Below are positions 14,925-29,737 of a stretch of DNA of 64,000 bases, in pieces; the stretch's first letter is position 1, and each line of letters starts with the position of its first letter. This DNA comes from the human T2T-CHM13v2.0 reference genome, Homo sapiens: the NCBI RefSeq assembly GCF_009914755.1, contig NC_060929.1; one strand, given 5' to 3'. The notes beneath the pieces are model-generated. The model did not search any database. It was not told where the DNA came from and saw nothing but the letters and a program-made list of their open reading frames with translations. Made by a program: the position numbers and the translations under genes.

Positions 14925-15281
14925 TGTTTTCTTGTGCTTCATTTTATTGTGCTTTGAAGATATTGTGGTTTGTACAAATTGAAGATTTGTGGTGACCCTG
15001 TGTCGAGTAAGTCTGTTGGTGCCATTTCTTCCAAGAGTATGTGCTCACTTTGTGTTTCTGATCATTAGTATTTTTTTTAGCAATAAAGCATTTTATAATT
15101 AAACTATTAACATTCTTTTTTTAGACATAATGCTATTGCACACTTAACAGTTTATAATATAGCATAAATATAACTTTTATAGGCACTGGAAAACCAAAAT
15201 ATTCATGTGACCCTTTATTGTGATTTTCACTTTATTGCAGTGGTCCTGAACTGTACCTGCGATATCTCTGAGGTATGTCTG
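14925..15281 (+). mobile_element. Tigger1, internally deleted (5' and 3' ends joined)
   Basis: 5' part acaaattgaagatttgtggtgaccctgtgtcgagtaagtctg; 3' part ttagacataatgctattgcacactta..gatatctctgaggtatgtctg (TIR). Confidence 0.85.
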
Positions 15282-16249
15282 TGGGATTCTGTGAAGTTAT
15301 ATTTGTGTTATACATTTGTATTACTTGTCCATTTTGCTCAACAAGTCTGCCAATAACTTAGTAGCTTAAAACAACACACATTTATCTCACATAGTTTTTG
15401 AGGGTTGGGAGTGTATGTGTTTACATAAATATACACACACGTAAAACTGTACTTAAGTATGTATATATGCACACGCATACTTTATAATATATGTACACAT
15501 GCATATACACACATACATACTTTAATACATGAGTCATTTAGTCACAAGAGTTTTTACTTTAAACTTATTTTGATTAATTTTTAAAAAAATTTATGTATGT
15601 TGCATCATTATTAATCACTTACTAGTATTCTATTATTTGAATGGTTTATAATGTTTATTTTCTATTTGGTGAGAAATTCAAGACATTTCCCATTCATAGG
15701 CGCTTGCTTTCTACTTCTTAAAAAATGAATAAATTATATTGGATTATAACCATTGATTAAACATGCAAAACATTTAATCACTTGTGCCTTATTCTGTGAC
15801 GCAGTTCAAAATTTTACTCATCTTGCAGCTATAATTAGAGCAAAGGACAGATGGTAAAGGTTTAAAATGATGTTTTTATTAAAATTACGTAGGCTGCCAA
15901 ATGATTTCGCACCATCACATGTGTTTGTTCATTAGCTGCTTCATTGAGACAGGGTTAATGAAATTTGAAGTTGGATGCATAGAATAATAAGTGACTCTGG
16001 TGTCTACATATACAATGTCTGTTTACTGTTAAAGGGGACAGAAAAGAAGACTGTGACCAACTCTTCCAAATAGTTTTAGTTTAATCATATCTAAATATGA
16101 TAAAATCTTCTAAGAAGTCTTAGATGAATTAATAAAGTAGATAAACAATCTGGGCATATGGAGGATTTTGATACTAGGTACGGCTTTTCTGTGTGAATAT
16201 AGGTATATCTCAAATAAAAGTAAACACTAAGAGATTTTATTATGAGATA

Positions 16250-16558
16250 GGCCAGATGCAGTGGCTTATACCTATAATCCCAGCACTTTGGGAAGCCAGG
16301 GCAGAAAGATTGCTTGAGCCCAGGAGTACAAGACTAGCCTGGACAACATAATGAGACCCCTATCTCTACTGAAAAAAAAAAAAATAGCTGGGCTTGGTGG
16401 TGCACCTCTGTAGTCCCAGCTACTCTGGAGGCTGAGTTAGACGGATTGCTCGAGCCCAGGATGTTGAGGCTGCAGTGAGCCATGACAGGGCCATTGCACT
16501 CCAGCCTGAGCAACAGAGCAAGACCCTGTCTCAAAAAATATATATAAATAAATACAAA
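16250..16558 (+). mobile_element. AluJ-type SINE
   Basis: J diagnostics gattgcttgagcccaggag, gaggctgcagtgagccatga, gagcaagaccctgtctc. Confidence 0.9.
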
Positions 16559-16744
16559 GAGATGAGTGCAGTGGCTCATGGGAATTCACTAGACATTAAA
16601 GACAATTGAAGTCAAGGACTCCAGTGCCATTAGTCTATTTCTTGAGTCATTTTCTCTAAATGCAGGTCAGTGTCCTCTAATTTTTTATCTATAGCATTCC
16701 TAAGTAACAATAAAACAAAAATTGTAACAACCACCACAACCATC

Positions 16745-16955
16745 AGTTATTAAGTATTCACTGTCAGGTACTCAATATATATTTTATCCTGTATAATCCT
16801 CACAGGAGCCCAATAAGGTGAGTACTTCCGTTATAGTCAATTTACATGTGGAAACTGAGGCACATAGATTAATAACTAGCCTTTGATTGTACATCCATTA
16901 AGTGATAAAGAAAGAATTCAAATTTAGTCCTTTGATTTGAGAGGCTCTGCTTTGT
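16745..16955 (-). mobile_element. MIR SINE
   Basis: Core aatcctcacag..tttacatgtggaaactgaggcacatag (antisense MIR). Confidence 0.8.
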
Positions 16956-17624
16956 TGCTATTGTTCCACACTACAGTTCAGAGCCTCCGAGAGAGACTAA
17001 TTGATTTTCTGAGTACTAAGTTCAAATTCATCTGAAATGACTTCTTGCCACAGCTTGGATAACATCCCCACACCTGGTTCAGGTCTGCTGAGAGGACTAA
17101 ACTATATTGTGCTCATGGGCATTTCTGCCTGAAACAATTGGGATTATTGGATCAATGCAGGCCTTTTCTAGAAATTTTTTTTAAAAAAGGCATATGATTA
17201 GGGTACTCAGGAGAGTCTAAAGCGATGAGAACATTTGAGGAAATATCAAGTTTTTGCTAGATTTGGAAAAGTAAATAATGATAATTTTTTCAGTTTTTAA
17301 TAGATGATTAAGTAGTACTTATATAAAAAAGAGCACAAAGTGATTCAAGGAAGAAATGTTTTATTCAAGTACTTCAGTGACAGCTGATTCAATTTTATAA
17401 GCTTAATTTTTAAAGTAATATTTTAAAATCAGGAAGTATTCTTTGCTATGGCTCAATTTTAAAGTACAATTTAGGGTTGAAGGACACAAATCTGTATAAT
17501 ACTAAATATCCTTGAGAGTTACATTTTATGCTGGGTAGAGTGCCTCTACAAGGATTTTTGGTGAATTTATGGATTGTAGAAAGTTTTAGAAAGGTTTACA
17601 GGGAGAGGTGAGTAAAGCATGTCT

Positions 17625-17870
17625 CATCTGTGAGTTATTTGCTCATGAATTTTTCCTATTTTCCTACTGGATCTTTGGTACTTTGCCTCTCAGTTTTTGA
17701 GAGTACTTTAAAAATTGGGGATATTCAGCTCTTATGGTATATGTTGCAAATATTTTTCTCCTTGTTTGTCAATGTGTTTTGATTTTGGTTATGGTATATT
17801 TTTTGTCATGCAATAAAATAAATATTTTTATATAGCCAACTATATTTTTGAGTTATTTTGCATCATTTAG
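17625..17870 (-). mobile_element. Old L1 (L1ME-like) fragment
   Basis: atatgttgcaaatattttctccttgtttgtc..ttttgattttggttatggtat resembles antisense L1 ORF2 3' sequence. Confidence 0.55.
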
Positions 17871-18048
17871 AAAGGAAAATTTGGAAGGTTGCTTATTACA
17901 CACCAATATTGTTTATAGTTTTAGATACTTCTGGAATACTTTAAAACTATGAAGCTCAAAACTAGTATAAAACCTTGCTGGAGGGCCAAAAACAAAATAA
18001 TATTTTCCTGATGTATTTATCAAAAAAGCAAATTATTTATAAAAATTA

Positions 18049-18399
<351 letters not shown>

Positions 18400-20977
18400 T
18401 TACTATTCCCTAACATGAACCTTCTCAGGTAGAAAGATCTCTGTATTATGTTCCCCAGTGCCCAAACTATGTTTAGTCTGTTCTGCACATGCTATTTCCT
18501 CCTGAGAAATTTCCCCTTCTCTGTTACAAATTGGTTTGCAGCAAGGTGTTCTGTGTTTTACTGAGAAAGTTGCATATTTCATATAGTTAAGTACCATATA
18601 CTAGAGAGGTGTGACAACAATGGGGGCAAAATAACTTAGTTATTAGAAGGGCTTAGGTTCAAAGGCTGCAACTACCAATACTATCACTTATTAGATGCAG
18701 ACCATTATACTTAATCCAGTTGAGTCTATTTTATAAATTGGGGATTCATATTTAACATTCTAAGCTGCACTGTAAAAGTGTTATTTTAAATTTTTCTTCA
18801 ATTTTAAATTTCCTTTAATTTTCACTTTTCTTTGGCCTCTTAAGACCTTTTTCTGTTTGCCCAAAGGTATTTTATTCTTTCTGTTTTCTGAAACTGAAAA
18901 TATTACTAGAAACTTGTTTAATTATAAATTGTCTTCTTGCTCTTTCACATATATGCATCTTCTCTGGTGCTTAAATATTCAATACAAATGTAATTTTCTG
19001 ATAGATTATTGATTGTTAAATCTTCTCTTTGCTTATACAGGTTGACAGGCAAAATCATGGCTGTGTCTTCATGACATGGCTAATTTGAAAAAGGCACAGT
19101 TTGACCTAGTCAAACCGACAGTCTAAAAAAAAAACTTTTAAAATACTTTGCTGAATTAAACCATTTACTTCCAAAATAATTGGGCAAGTAAATAAATAAT
19201 TTTATTTTATGTTATCTGCAAATAAACTATCTGTGTATAAAAGAAAGTTATAGATGTTTGTATAGTAGTTTAGTGACAAGTATAAATAGATCCACATGAA
19301 AATATTTTTATTAACAAATGCAATTGTGATTTTGTATTTATATTTTAATTCTTTGTACATAGCCTTTTCTTTCAGTATGTAATCTTCATGATCATGCCAA
19401 AATATTTTACAGCTGCTCATCAATTCATAAATTAAAAAGGATGCAACTATCTTAAAAACTATCACGAACGCAAGATCATGCCAGGCTATTGATTGCATTG
19501 TTATATTTTCCTAGTTTTCTTTTCTATGTATGCATCTTTGAAGAACTAATTTCATTTGGTGAAGGATGCTTAGTAAGAGGATGAGATTTTAGTGTATTCC
19601 AATATTTCTCATCCTTTTCATTGTTACATCCTAAGCAGTCTTATTAGACATTAAAAAAAAATTCTACTAAGGAAATTTAATATTACAGACTGTATCTATT
19701 TTTGTAATGCATATATATATATATATGCATGCTCTCTATATAAAATAATTACGTTTTTTTGTTCCCCCTGAACCTCATCACCAAGAATCAGTTGTTGCTC
19801 CCACTGGGGCAGTTTTGAGAATGCATGGCATAGACTCATTAATAAACTTAAAGCCTGGCTAATTTAGACATGTCAGGACCGCATCTGATGTTAAAAACAT
19901 CAGCTAAAAATCCTAATCATACTCTGAGTATTGAGGTAAAAGTAGTATTATCTCAAAGAACTTTGGATTTTCTTCCAGATCGCTCCCAACAGAACTTTAT
20001 AAATGTTGAAATTCTTTTGTCTTTTAAAAATTATATGGCTCAATATAAAAGATATACATTTTTATAACATGGCACTTTCATGTTTAACCTAATTCTTGGA
20101 AAATCAGAGTACAGCAGATGTCAATTTTTGACCAGAGGAAAGGATTTTCTGTCTTTATTTAACCTTTTGTGCATATAATCTTATATTTCTTATAAAAAGC
20201 TTTATAAATGACAAAAAAGAGAATATTTGAAGATGAGTTACAAAACAAATTCTTTTAAACAGTTATTTCCTTATTACCAGTCTCTGTAAAATTTCTTTAA
20301 TAACAGTGTTTTTATATATATTTAAGTTTTTATGTATTAATGTCTTTCATAGAACTTGCAGAATATTCTCACCTGATCTTGCTACAGAATTTTATTTGAA
20401 AATTTAATTAAGTTGATTTCCAAACCTCCTATTATTGTATGATTAAAATTATTAAAAAATTAATTTTAATTATCATGAATCATGACTCTTAGTTTCTTCT
20501 AATTAGAATCTATATATTTTTTCTCCTGTTGACATCTAAATATTTTGTGAAAAGTAAAAATAAATAGTTGTCACTAAATTTAAAAAGGCAGCATTCTATT
20601 ATCAAGAGATTACTTTTTTTTTTCCTCTGAGGTGAGTGGGTGGAAAGCCTATATTAAGCAGGCCTATATAGTTGCAATAACTAAGAGTAGTGCTTGCTAA
20701 TTGTTTTACTCTTCCAGGTTTAGTCTCTGGGATTGGAACTGTGCAGAGTGCAGGTGGGTAGAGCTGGGGAGCAGAGGCTCATCAGGGACAATGACAATAA
20801 GCTCCTCTCTATTATTCTGCACGTGAACCCATTTCCCTGTTATCTGATTTATATGTCGAGCTTCTAGAAATGTTTTTGTTGGAACAAAAGGTTCTTATAT
20901 CATAAAACCAAAGGAAAACAGAAATTTACAATCACACTTGAAACTTTCAACCAAAAGGCTACTGGTTGAAAATTTGA

Positions 20978-21244
<267 letters not shown>

Positions 21245-21814
21245 TAACACCTGAAGAGGATCCATGACAGTGTTTCTTAGATTTCTGTACCAGCCTTTGT
21301 CTGTATTCGCACAAACTTACAAATATTCCAGGGGAAAAATTCTATCTTCCCTAGTGTCTTCAAATAACATTTATTTACCTTAAGGATATACATACAAATT
21401 ATTCCCTAATAAACATTACTTTCTTTAAACTTTTTATGAAGCTTCAGACTCATATTTTGTGGCTAATTAAATCATTTATGTTTTCAACTTATTCAGCTGG
21501 ATTTATTTTATACGTACTACTTTCCAATCATTTTTTTAAGAACTTGGAATAGAGCATGAAACAAAACAGTATGTTCTTCTGCCAGAACATCTATCTCGAT
21601 GTCCTGTAGTCACTTCAAAGACTATTTTTTCAAGAACTCCTGTTACCCTTACTATGATTAGTGGTTTCATGATTTAACTAATTATGTATACTACATTAAC
21701 ATTAATACTTTGAAGCATATAATCATTAATATTGTTCCTAAGGGAAAGGAAAAAAATTTAAATCTAAGGCAACATGATCAAATTTGCATTTTTTGAAAAG
21801 TATTTCTTTTTAGA

Positions 21815-22350
21815 TTCTTATATAAAATGGTATGTATTGTGTACAACACGATGTTTTGATATATATATATCTGTATATCATGAAATGGCTAAATTCAGCT
21901 AATTAACAAATGCATTACTTCACATAGTTATTATTTTTGTGGTGCAAATGCTTATCCACTCTCTTAGCATTTTTCAAGAATAGAACATATTGTCATAAGC
22001 TATAGTCACTATGCTGTACAGTAGATCTCTTGCACTTATGCATCCTATCTGGCTATAAATATGCATCCTTTGATCGACATCTCCCTAATGCTCCATGCTT
22101 CTATCACCCTAGTCTCTGGTAACCACCATTCTACTCTCTATTTCTATGAGATCAACTTTCTTAGACTCCACATTTGATTGAGAACATACTGTATTTGTTT
22201 TTCTGTGCCTAACTTACTTCACTTAACAGTGTGTCCTTTAGATTCACCCATATTATCACATATTACAGAATTTCCTTTGTTTTCATGGCTGAATAGTATT
22301 CCTTTTGTGTGTATATATACCACATTTTCTTTATCCATTCATCTGTTGAA
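21815..22350 (-). mobile_element. L1MA-type 3' end
   Basis: gtacaacacgatgttttga..gtcactatgctgtacagtagatctcttg..ctctggtaaccaccattctactctc..ttatccattcatctgttga. Confidence 0.85.
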
Positions 22351-24637
22351 ATTTCCATTTTAAAAGTGTGGATTTTTGAAAGATGGTGGTGACAGGAACA
22401 TAATCAAATCTATCTCATCTCTGTATAAAGGCAGGCAAAACAACTAGTAAGTCTAAGCCAATGACACGAACGATATTCACAGAAAAAATAGGTAATAAGG
22501 CATCCCTGTGGATTTCATATACCAGTAAGTTGGCAAAAATGCCTACGTTTACTTGGCCTGTAAATTGTTGGCCTCTCAATGGGAAGAAGTTGAAGAAAGA
22601 AACAGAAATTCTGATAGCTTGGAGAAATGTTCCCCAGATACACACTGAAAAGATTTGGGGGCAGATCTGAGGAGAAGAACAAGTGAATTCATTCCCAGCA
22701 ATTCACAGGAAATGCAAAAAGGCAGTGATGTGACAAAGTTTAACAGCGATGGAGCAGTGGAATCCTGTGGCTTAGTGAAACTAACAAGACAAAGCCCCAT
22801 GCTAAGGAGAAACTGCTGGGAGTTGAATTTAAAATGAATAACAAAAGGAAATAGGGAAAGAGAAGATTCAGACAAAAGTAGAAAATCAGACTAAGGAAAT
22901 TATATAAACATTTTTGATCAATTTGCCAAAACAACAGAAGAGTGATCTATAGAGATTAAAAAAAAATCACATTACTTCCAAAAAAAACCTAAAGTTTTCC
23001 TAGGCCACTCAAACACCCTAAAAGCATAGAAAAATTAATTTCACATAATAAAAAACAACAAAAAAGTTTTAGTCAAATTTTATCCTTAATTTATGATTTA
23101 AAAAAAAGCATAAGAAGCAGAGTAACATCCCAATGAGCAGTAAAGTGCTATAGAGTGACTTGCTCACAGAACAGATGAATACAGTCACCTAGTATCTCAA
23201 AATGATCAAAAACTCATTTTAAAATGATAGATGCTATGAAAGAACAACACAAATCAATTCAGAAATAAAATGATTTGAGATGAAGATTTGATGAAAGAAG
23301 ATACACTCAGAAAATAAAATAAAATTCAGAAATGGAAATGAAATAGAAAGGAACATCATGGTAAAAATGAGTGATATTAGAAAAAATGTAAGATTGAAAG
23401 TGTGAAAATTTTACAAATAAAAAAGACACAAAAATTTAGAATAAAATATGATACACAGGAGGTATACACACATATATAACTCCTCCTTTTTTTTCTTCAG
23501 GATGGAGAGAAAGAGCTCCTGAATAACAAAAAAGAAAAAAATTCCTATGAAACAAAGCAAAAAATAAGCATACGTAAAGAAAAATTTCTTAACGTAAAAG
23601 ATAACTTCATGCTACATACTCAAAGGACATTGCTAAAATCAACTGAGAAAGGCAAGACATTATACTGTCAAACTTGTCAATCTACAACATTGTAAAGAAA
23701 AAGGAAAAAAATCTTTTGGGAATTCAGGCATAAAGAGCAAGTCATTTATAAAGAAAAGAAATTCAGATTGTCTTTATAGTTTTCACAGGAACATTTTATT
23801 CTAGAAGAAATTGAAATAACGTATGTAAGACATTTAATAGAAGAAAATATGAGCCATAAATTTTTATATCTAGTCAAAATGAATTTTAAATACATAGGCT
23901 TCCAATAAACTGACTTGAATGTGCCAAGATATTCTCATAATCACTTACTGAAAAATCTACAAACTTAAGGCAAACATAAAATGAAGACATTGACATCAGA
24001 AAGAAATGATAAGCTTTAAATATATTTTTACCTATTTACTGGAGTAAAATAGATAACTTAGTAATGCAGTGCTCTATGCTCTGCCAATGTGTATATGCTA
24101 AATTTGTTAAAAGTGTAGGAAGAAGCAGGACCGTGTATGAGTATTAACTGGGTTAGGCAACAGCCTTACTTCAACTCAGATCCTGGGGTGACAGAGTGTT
24201 TTGGAAAGAAAAGGTTACACGCTCACTTATATATACTAGCTCACAATAGGAAACCATAAAAAAATAGGGATAAGAGAGAGTGTCAAATTATTATATTAAT
24301 TTTTTAGTCTAAAATTAAAATTTTGAAAACATAAAACACTCCCTAAAAGACAAAATACATTCATTCCTCTGAAACAGAGAGACAAAATAATATGACATAA
24401 CTGATCAAATATAATGATGTAAATTGGATTAACTCAATAAAATAAAAGTATCTGTGGAATGATGATTGACTAACAAAACTAATTCAACATTCCGCTATTA
24501 GTACAAGGCTCACTTAAATACATACAGACAGTTAAGAATTAAAAAGATAAAGAAATCTACAAGAGAAATTCAAGCAAAGGGAGAAGAAGTCACAATATTA
24601 ATATCTGATTAAAACAAAAATCAGGTAAAAAGTGAAA

Positions 24638-25426
24638 TGTGATAGTTCCTTTGAGCCCTTTGTGAGACTTGAGAAGGAGTTTGTTGGTTTACTCAGCTCG
24701 CAGCTCTCAATCCCTTGCAGGAGGGGGAGCACACAGGTGAGCCAGTGCACAGGCCAGTACAAGTGCTTCTGGGCAGGCAGGAACAGAACTATATGCGGGC
24801 CTGTGGTAGCATCTAAGGGTGGCCCGTGAACCCCAGAGCCCCAGAGGTCATTTGTTACAGTGTGCTCTTTTAGCTTTGCCATCCCTGGATGGCTAAAGAG
24901 TTAAACAACTTAGGAGAGAGTCAGTGTGACAGCCTCTTGCACACACACCTGGGTCTTTGCTTCCAGGAAGAATCAGGTTGTGCAAATGAATCAAAGGGTG
25001 GTGAATATGGAGGATTTTACTGAGCAGTGGAAGTCGCTCTCAGCTGAATGAAGAGCTGGAAATGGGATGGAGTGGGAAGGTAGTCTTCCCCTGCAGTTTG
25101 GCCATCCTGGCTGAACTCTTCTTCGAGGTTCTACTATAAAGCCGTCCCTCTGAAATCAAGCTGCTTCTTTCCAGTGTCGGGCTGCTTCTTCTCTTCTCTC
25201 CTTCCCTGCTGTTCTGCCACACCACCAGTGGGGCCTCGGGTTTTTATGGGTACAGGATGGGGAGCAGGGTGGGCCAGGGTGGTTTGGAAAAAAAAAAAAA
25301 AAGCATTTTGGCAGGCAAACAGGAATGCATGTTCTCATTTTGGGCTGTAGTTCCAGCTTGAGAAGATGGCCCTCATTGGGGACTGCCCTCTTCTCCCCAG
25401 TATTTCCCTGACTCCTGTCTGTATCA
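24638..25426 (-). mobile_element. ERV1 solo LTR, MER50 family
   Basis: Minus strand begins tgatacagacaggagtcagggaaatactggggagaagagggc; TG..CA termini; TATA-like cccataaaaacccg. Confidence 0.78.
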
Positions 25427-25447
25427 AAAGTATTAAAAGAAACAAAA

Positions 25448-25840
<393 letters not shown>

Positions 25841-25999
25841 TTAATTTTCTTAAAACAGGACACATAAACTATGCAACAGAAACACACTAATGACAGGATA
25901 AACTTTCTGAATCCAAGACTAAGCAACTTGAGCAAACATTAGTAAGCTTGTAGAAGGTCTAAAAACATAATCATTGATGTTATATATATATAATTTATA

Positions 26000-26060
26000 T
26001 AATATAATTAATCTTAAAAACATATAACTAATCCTAAAATATATAACTAATCCTAAAAAT
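26000..26060. repeat. ~20-bp tandem repeat x3 (atataactaatcctaaaa)
   Basis: Three adjacent near-identical units. Confidence 0.8.
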
Positions 26061-26136
26061 AGATAATACAGCCTACTTTCAAATGCACATAACACATTCA
26101 TGAAAATTGGCCATATTTTAATCTACAATATCAGCC

Positions 26137-26206
26137 ATATATATATATTTTTAATATATATCATATATATATTTATATATAATATATATAAATATATATA
26201 TATATA

Positions 26207-26241
<35 letters not shown>
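26137..26241. repeat. (TA)n microsatellite, interrupted
   Basis: Directly visible. Confidence 0.95.
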
Positions 26242-26244
<3 letters not shown>

Positions 26245-26254
26245 TTTATACAGC

Positions 26255-26787
26255 TAAGCTGTAATCACACTTCTCTTCCCTGGATGGTTTTGGGTTAGTG
26301 CTCTGCTTGCCACAAGAAAAAGGTTGTGAGAGACATGCAGAAGTGAAGCAGCCGCCATGTTCACACTTAGGTCAGTGCAGTTCAGGCAGGTTGTAAGGGA
26401 TCTGCTGGCGCAGTTTGTTGCAGAAAGGTAGCAGCGGGGTCATTAACTCCTGCAATTCGCACTGAGTATCCCTCCTTTTTCAGTATTGCCAAGTCCTGGA
26501 CCAGTTTGTGTACAGGTCTCTGGCCAACTGTGTCACCTCTTCTGCATTTCACCTGCACCGTCAAATGCGGAGGACTGGAGGCACTGAGAGACTGATGCAA
26601 ACTCTGGAGAGAAACTGAGGTGAGTTCTAATTCCTTCTCAAAATTCCAATATTCCGTCCTCCTTTCCAGACTTCAGGCCCACCACTAAACTAGGGACTCA
26701 GACTTTACATTGACTTCTTCACTGGCTCTCGTAATTACTTTAATTCGAATCTCTGTAACGAATTTCTTATATCACTCCTAGTGGTTC
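26255..26787 (+). mobile_element. ERVL LTR, LTR41-like
   Basis: 3' region ctttccagacttca..aatctctgtaacgaatttcttatatcactcctagtggttc resembles LTR41; its last bases probably lie after the MLT1 at ~27360-27390. Confidence 0.55.
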
Positions 26788-27359
26788 TGTGAAAGATTTC
26801 ATTTTTCAGAACTGGCTTTAACAATATTTCCCACCCCACTTGTTCTTCCAGAACATTATTATTCCTTCATGAAAAGGTAAATTCTATTGCCCCTCTTTTT
26901 GCTTCTTGAAACTGAAAGACGCTTTCTATTCCTCAACTAATGAAGTTGGACGGAAGTGACTACTGAGACTTCTGAGTCTAGGACATAGAAAGTGATAGAG
27001 CTTCTGCTGACTCTCTCTTAGGATGCTTGATCTTGAATCTCAGACACCAAGTTGTGAAGAAGTGCAGGACACATAGAGAGGCTCACATAAGAAGAAGCAA
27101 GACCTTCATCACTCAGTCCAAGCTAGGTTCACAGCCACATCTTGCAAAAACTCGCCAACCATGTTAATGAATCATCTTGAAAGTAGATTCTTCAGTTTTC
27201 AGTTAAGCAATGCCAATTAATGCTGAATGGAACAGAGACCAGCCTTCCCCACTGAGACCTATTTACTTGCAGATTTCATGAGAAAAATAAGTGGTTACCA
27301 TTGTTTTAAGCCACTGAATTTTGGGAGAGTCTGTTGCCCAATAATAGATGACTAGGGCA
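26788..27359 (+). mobile_element. MaLR LTR (MLT1H-like)
   Basis: tgtgaaagatttcatttttc..aacaatatttcccacccc..ttgttttaagccactgaattttggg..atagatgactagggca. Confidence 0.8.
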
Positions 27360-28859
27360 GTCATTTGATATTGCCCTAATGAATCAGCCTACAGCTCTCT
27401 TTCTTCTGTTATATGTCATGTTTGGATAGTCATATGATTCCAGTGAGCATCAGGTATTCCTGCTGCCCTCCAAAAGATATACTAATAAAATAAAAACGAA
27501 AGTCTCAATCGCAAAAGAAGCTGTGGTTTAGGTGGCAAAGCATATTAATTGTTTTGTACCTTTCTTCTCTTCCTCCTTTTTTACTGGTCCTTTTAACATA
27601 CCTAGGAGGCTGGGAGGAGAGTGATTGTTTTAGCCCTTCTCTGGAGTCAGTTTGCACGCAGAAAATGTCAGCCAGCACTTGATTCTTCTGATAGGTATAG
27701 TGGCAGTTTCTTAAGTAGACAAACTGTAGTTGTAAATATTTTCATCTCGCCTAATTATTGGTCCAAGGGATTGTTGTCATTTCTCTCATTAACAGCTTTG
27801 CAGGAATTAGAAGCCATTTGTAAGACCCAAATTTATTAACAAAGCTCTAAGAATTGATATATTTTAACTCAGATGATATATAGAAAAAGATAAGGAAATA
27901 TTTCATTGTTAATGTGTCTGATTATCTTCTAGAGAATACACAGAGTATAATGCTAAACAAAAAACAGTTCAGTGATCAAAAGCATTGTTTTAGGTTATCA
28001 TCTGTATTTAGTATACAGCACTTCAGATAATGTAAGCTTTGAGAATAAAGAAAAATATAGAACATGTTTGCAAAATATTTATTTCCAGTAAAACTTGGGG
28101 CATGTCCATAACTGATTGATTGATCAGACTATCTAAATCTCCTTTGGAAGCTGCAAGGAGAAATGTTGGAAACTTTCTATAGTGATTTTTACTTGGATTC
28201 CCGTAACTTATTTACCAGCATCTACTTGAACTTTCTTACAAGAAGTCCCTACTGACATATTAGTGAATACTGGTTTTAAAAAGTATCAAATTAACAACAT
28301 TGTTTTTTAAACAAGACATGTTATTTAAACTGTCTTCATTCCCTTATGCTAAGTCACTAGAAGAATTTAGCATTTCCAAAACAGGATATGGCACTCACTG
28401 ATACCTTGTTAGAGAATGAGAAGGATAATGAATACTTTATTCATCTCAACTTCTAAGACTATTTAAATTATGTTTTCCCTTTTTCCCTTAGTAAGGAATT
28501 AAAATTTCTAAGAACTCTTTCTGCTAAGAACCTGAAAATGTGTTCTTTAGTTGTAAGTACTGAGTTGACTCATTGTTAATTCAAACCAGGCCCTGGGCAC
28601 GTTGCCTCAAGTTGAAGGCTGTGGTTGGAAATTATACCATGGATGTTTTTTAAATGGTTCCACTGTATATTACATAACACTTGTGGGATTTTTGTGGAGG
28701 CCAAGGACAAGAAGTAAAAGATATAGTGCCACAAACTTCAGACTCTACTCATTTGTCACTCTTCGTGTTTATACATGACAGGTAATTATAATACACATTT
28801 TTATAGGCCTTCTCTGTGGAAGGTAAAGGTTCACAATTGTCCCTCCTTATGGAGTTAAT

Positions 28860-29110
28860 GGAAATAAATTATTGGAGGAATGTTTTATGCCAGAGCTTGC
28901 ACTAGGTGGTAGAGGAGAGATTGGAAGTCAATTTAGATAGGACATGGACTGGCTCTTGAGGAGTTTATAGCCAAATAAGGGAGAAAGACCTACACCCTCA
29001 GGGATACTCTGATAAATATTCTAATAGATGTCAGAATATGCTACTATGGAAGAATAAAAAAATATGAATTAAGTAGAAGGAAATTCAGGGAGGGCTTTCA
29101 GAGAAAAAAG
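28860..29110 (-). mobile_element. L2 3' fragment
   Basis: tatgccagagcttgcactagg..gacatggactggctcttgaggagtttatag..ttcagggagggctt. Confidence 0.55.
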
Positions 29111-29697
29111 AGAAGAGTTATTCTATTTTAAGGAAAAAAATACACACTAAATATAAAAACCCAAAAAGCATATTTTCTAAGGATATGTAGTTAAAGTTAG
29201 GTTACAGCGTATAGACACATAAGTATGAGGGAAACCTACCTTATATCCACTTTGGAATTTAAGTGAGTCTAATGATTTCCTTGATTTGTGACTTGTGAAT
29301 TAAAATTTCATCATCTCACTTAAAAAAAAAATAGATCCTTAAGTTTATTTATTTCAACAGCTTTGCAGGCCTCTTGTTTTATTGTTCAGTTCTTTGATTT
29401 CCTGTACTTCAAACTTAATTCTGTCAAGTTTAATTTTCTCCACTTATGCAGCTGTATCATGTATCTTTAATTGACATATGTTGTAGATGAAAATATAAAT
29501 CAGTTGTTATATGTTCCTTTTCCAGACTCCTAAAGGTACTGTTTACCACAATGAACACACTTTTATCATGTCAACAACTTCCATCTCTACATTGCCCTGT
29601 GTAAGAATATACTGGGAGCTGATATAACCTCAATGATGGTAAAACAGGATGTAGAATCCAGAAAACATTCCTGAAATGGACCAAACATCAATATTCT

Positions 29698-29737
29698 GAA
29701 ACAGAAGTGGAAATGAAACTGAAACAGAAAAAGTGAA
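29698..29737 (+). promoter_or_regulatory. Candidate IRF/ISRE multimer (GAAA repeats)
   Basis: gaaacagaagtggaaatgaaactgaaacagaaaaagtgaa contains GAAACTGAAAC (GAAANNGAAA) and GGAAATGAAA; motif match only. Confidence 0.35.

Noticed and set aside
16561-16580. Alu-5'-like 20-mer after the AluJ tail
   Set aside because: Too short to call a separate element; at most a deletion remnant.
21328-21355. Similarity to 50010-50035 (shared tatcttccctagt)
   Set aside because: A 13-mer exact match is expected many times by chance in 64 kb, and similarity does not extend beyond ~27 bp.
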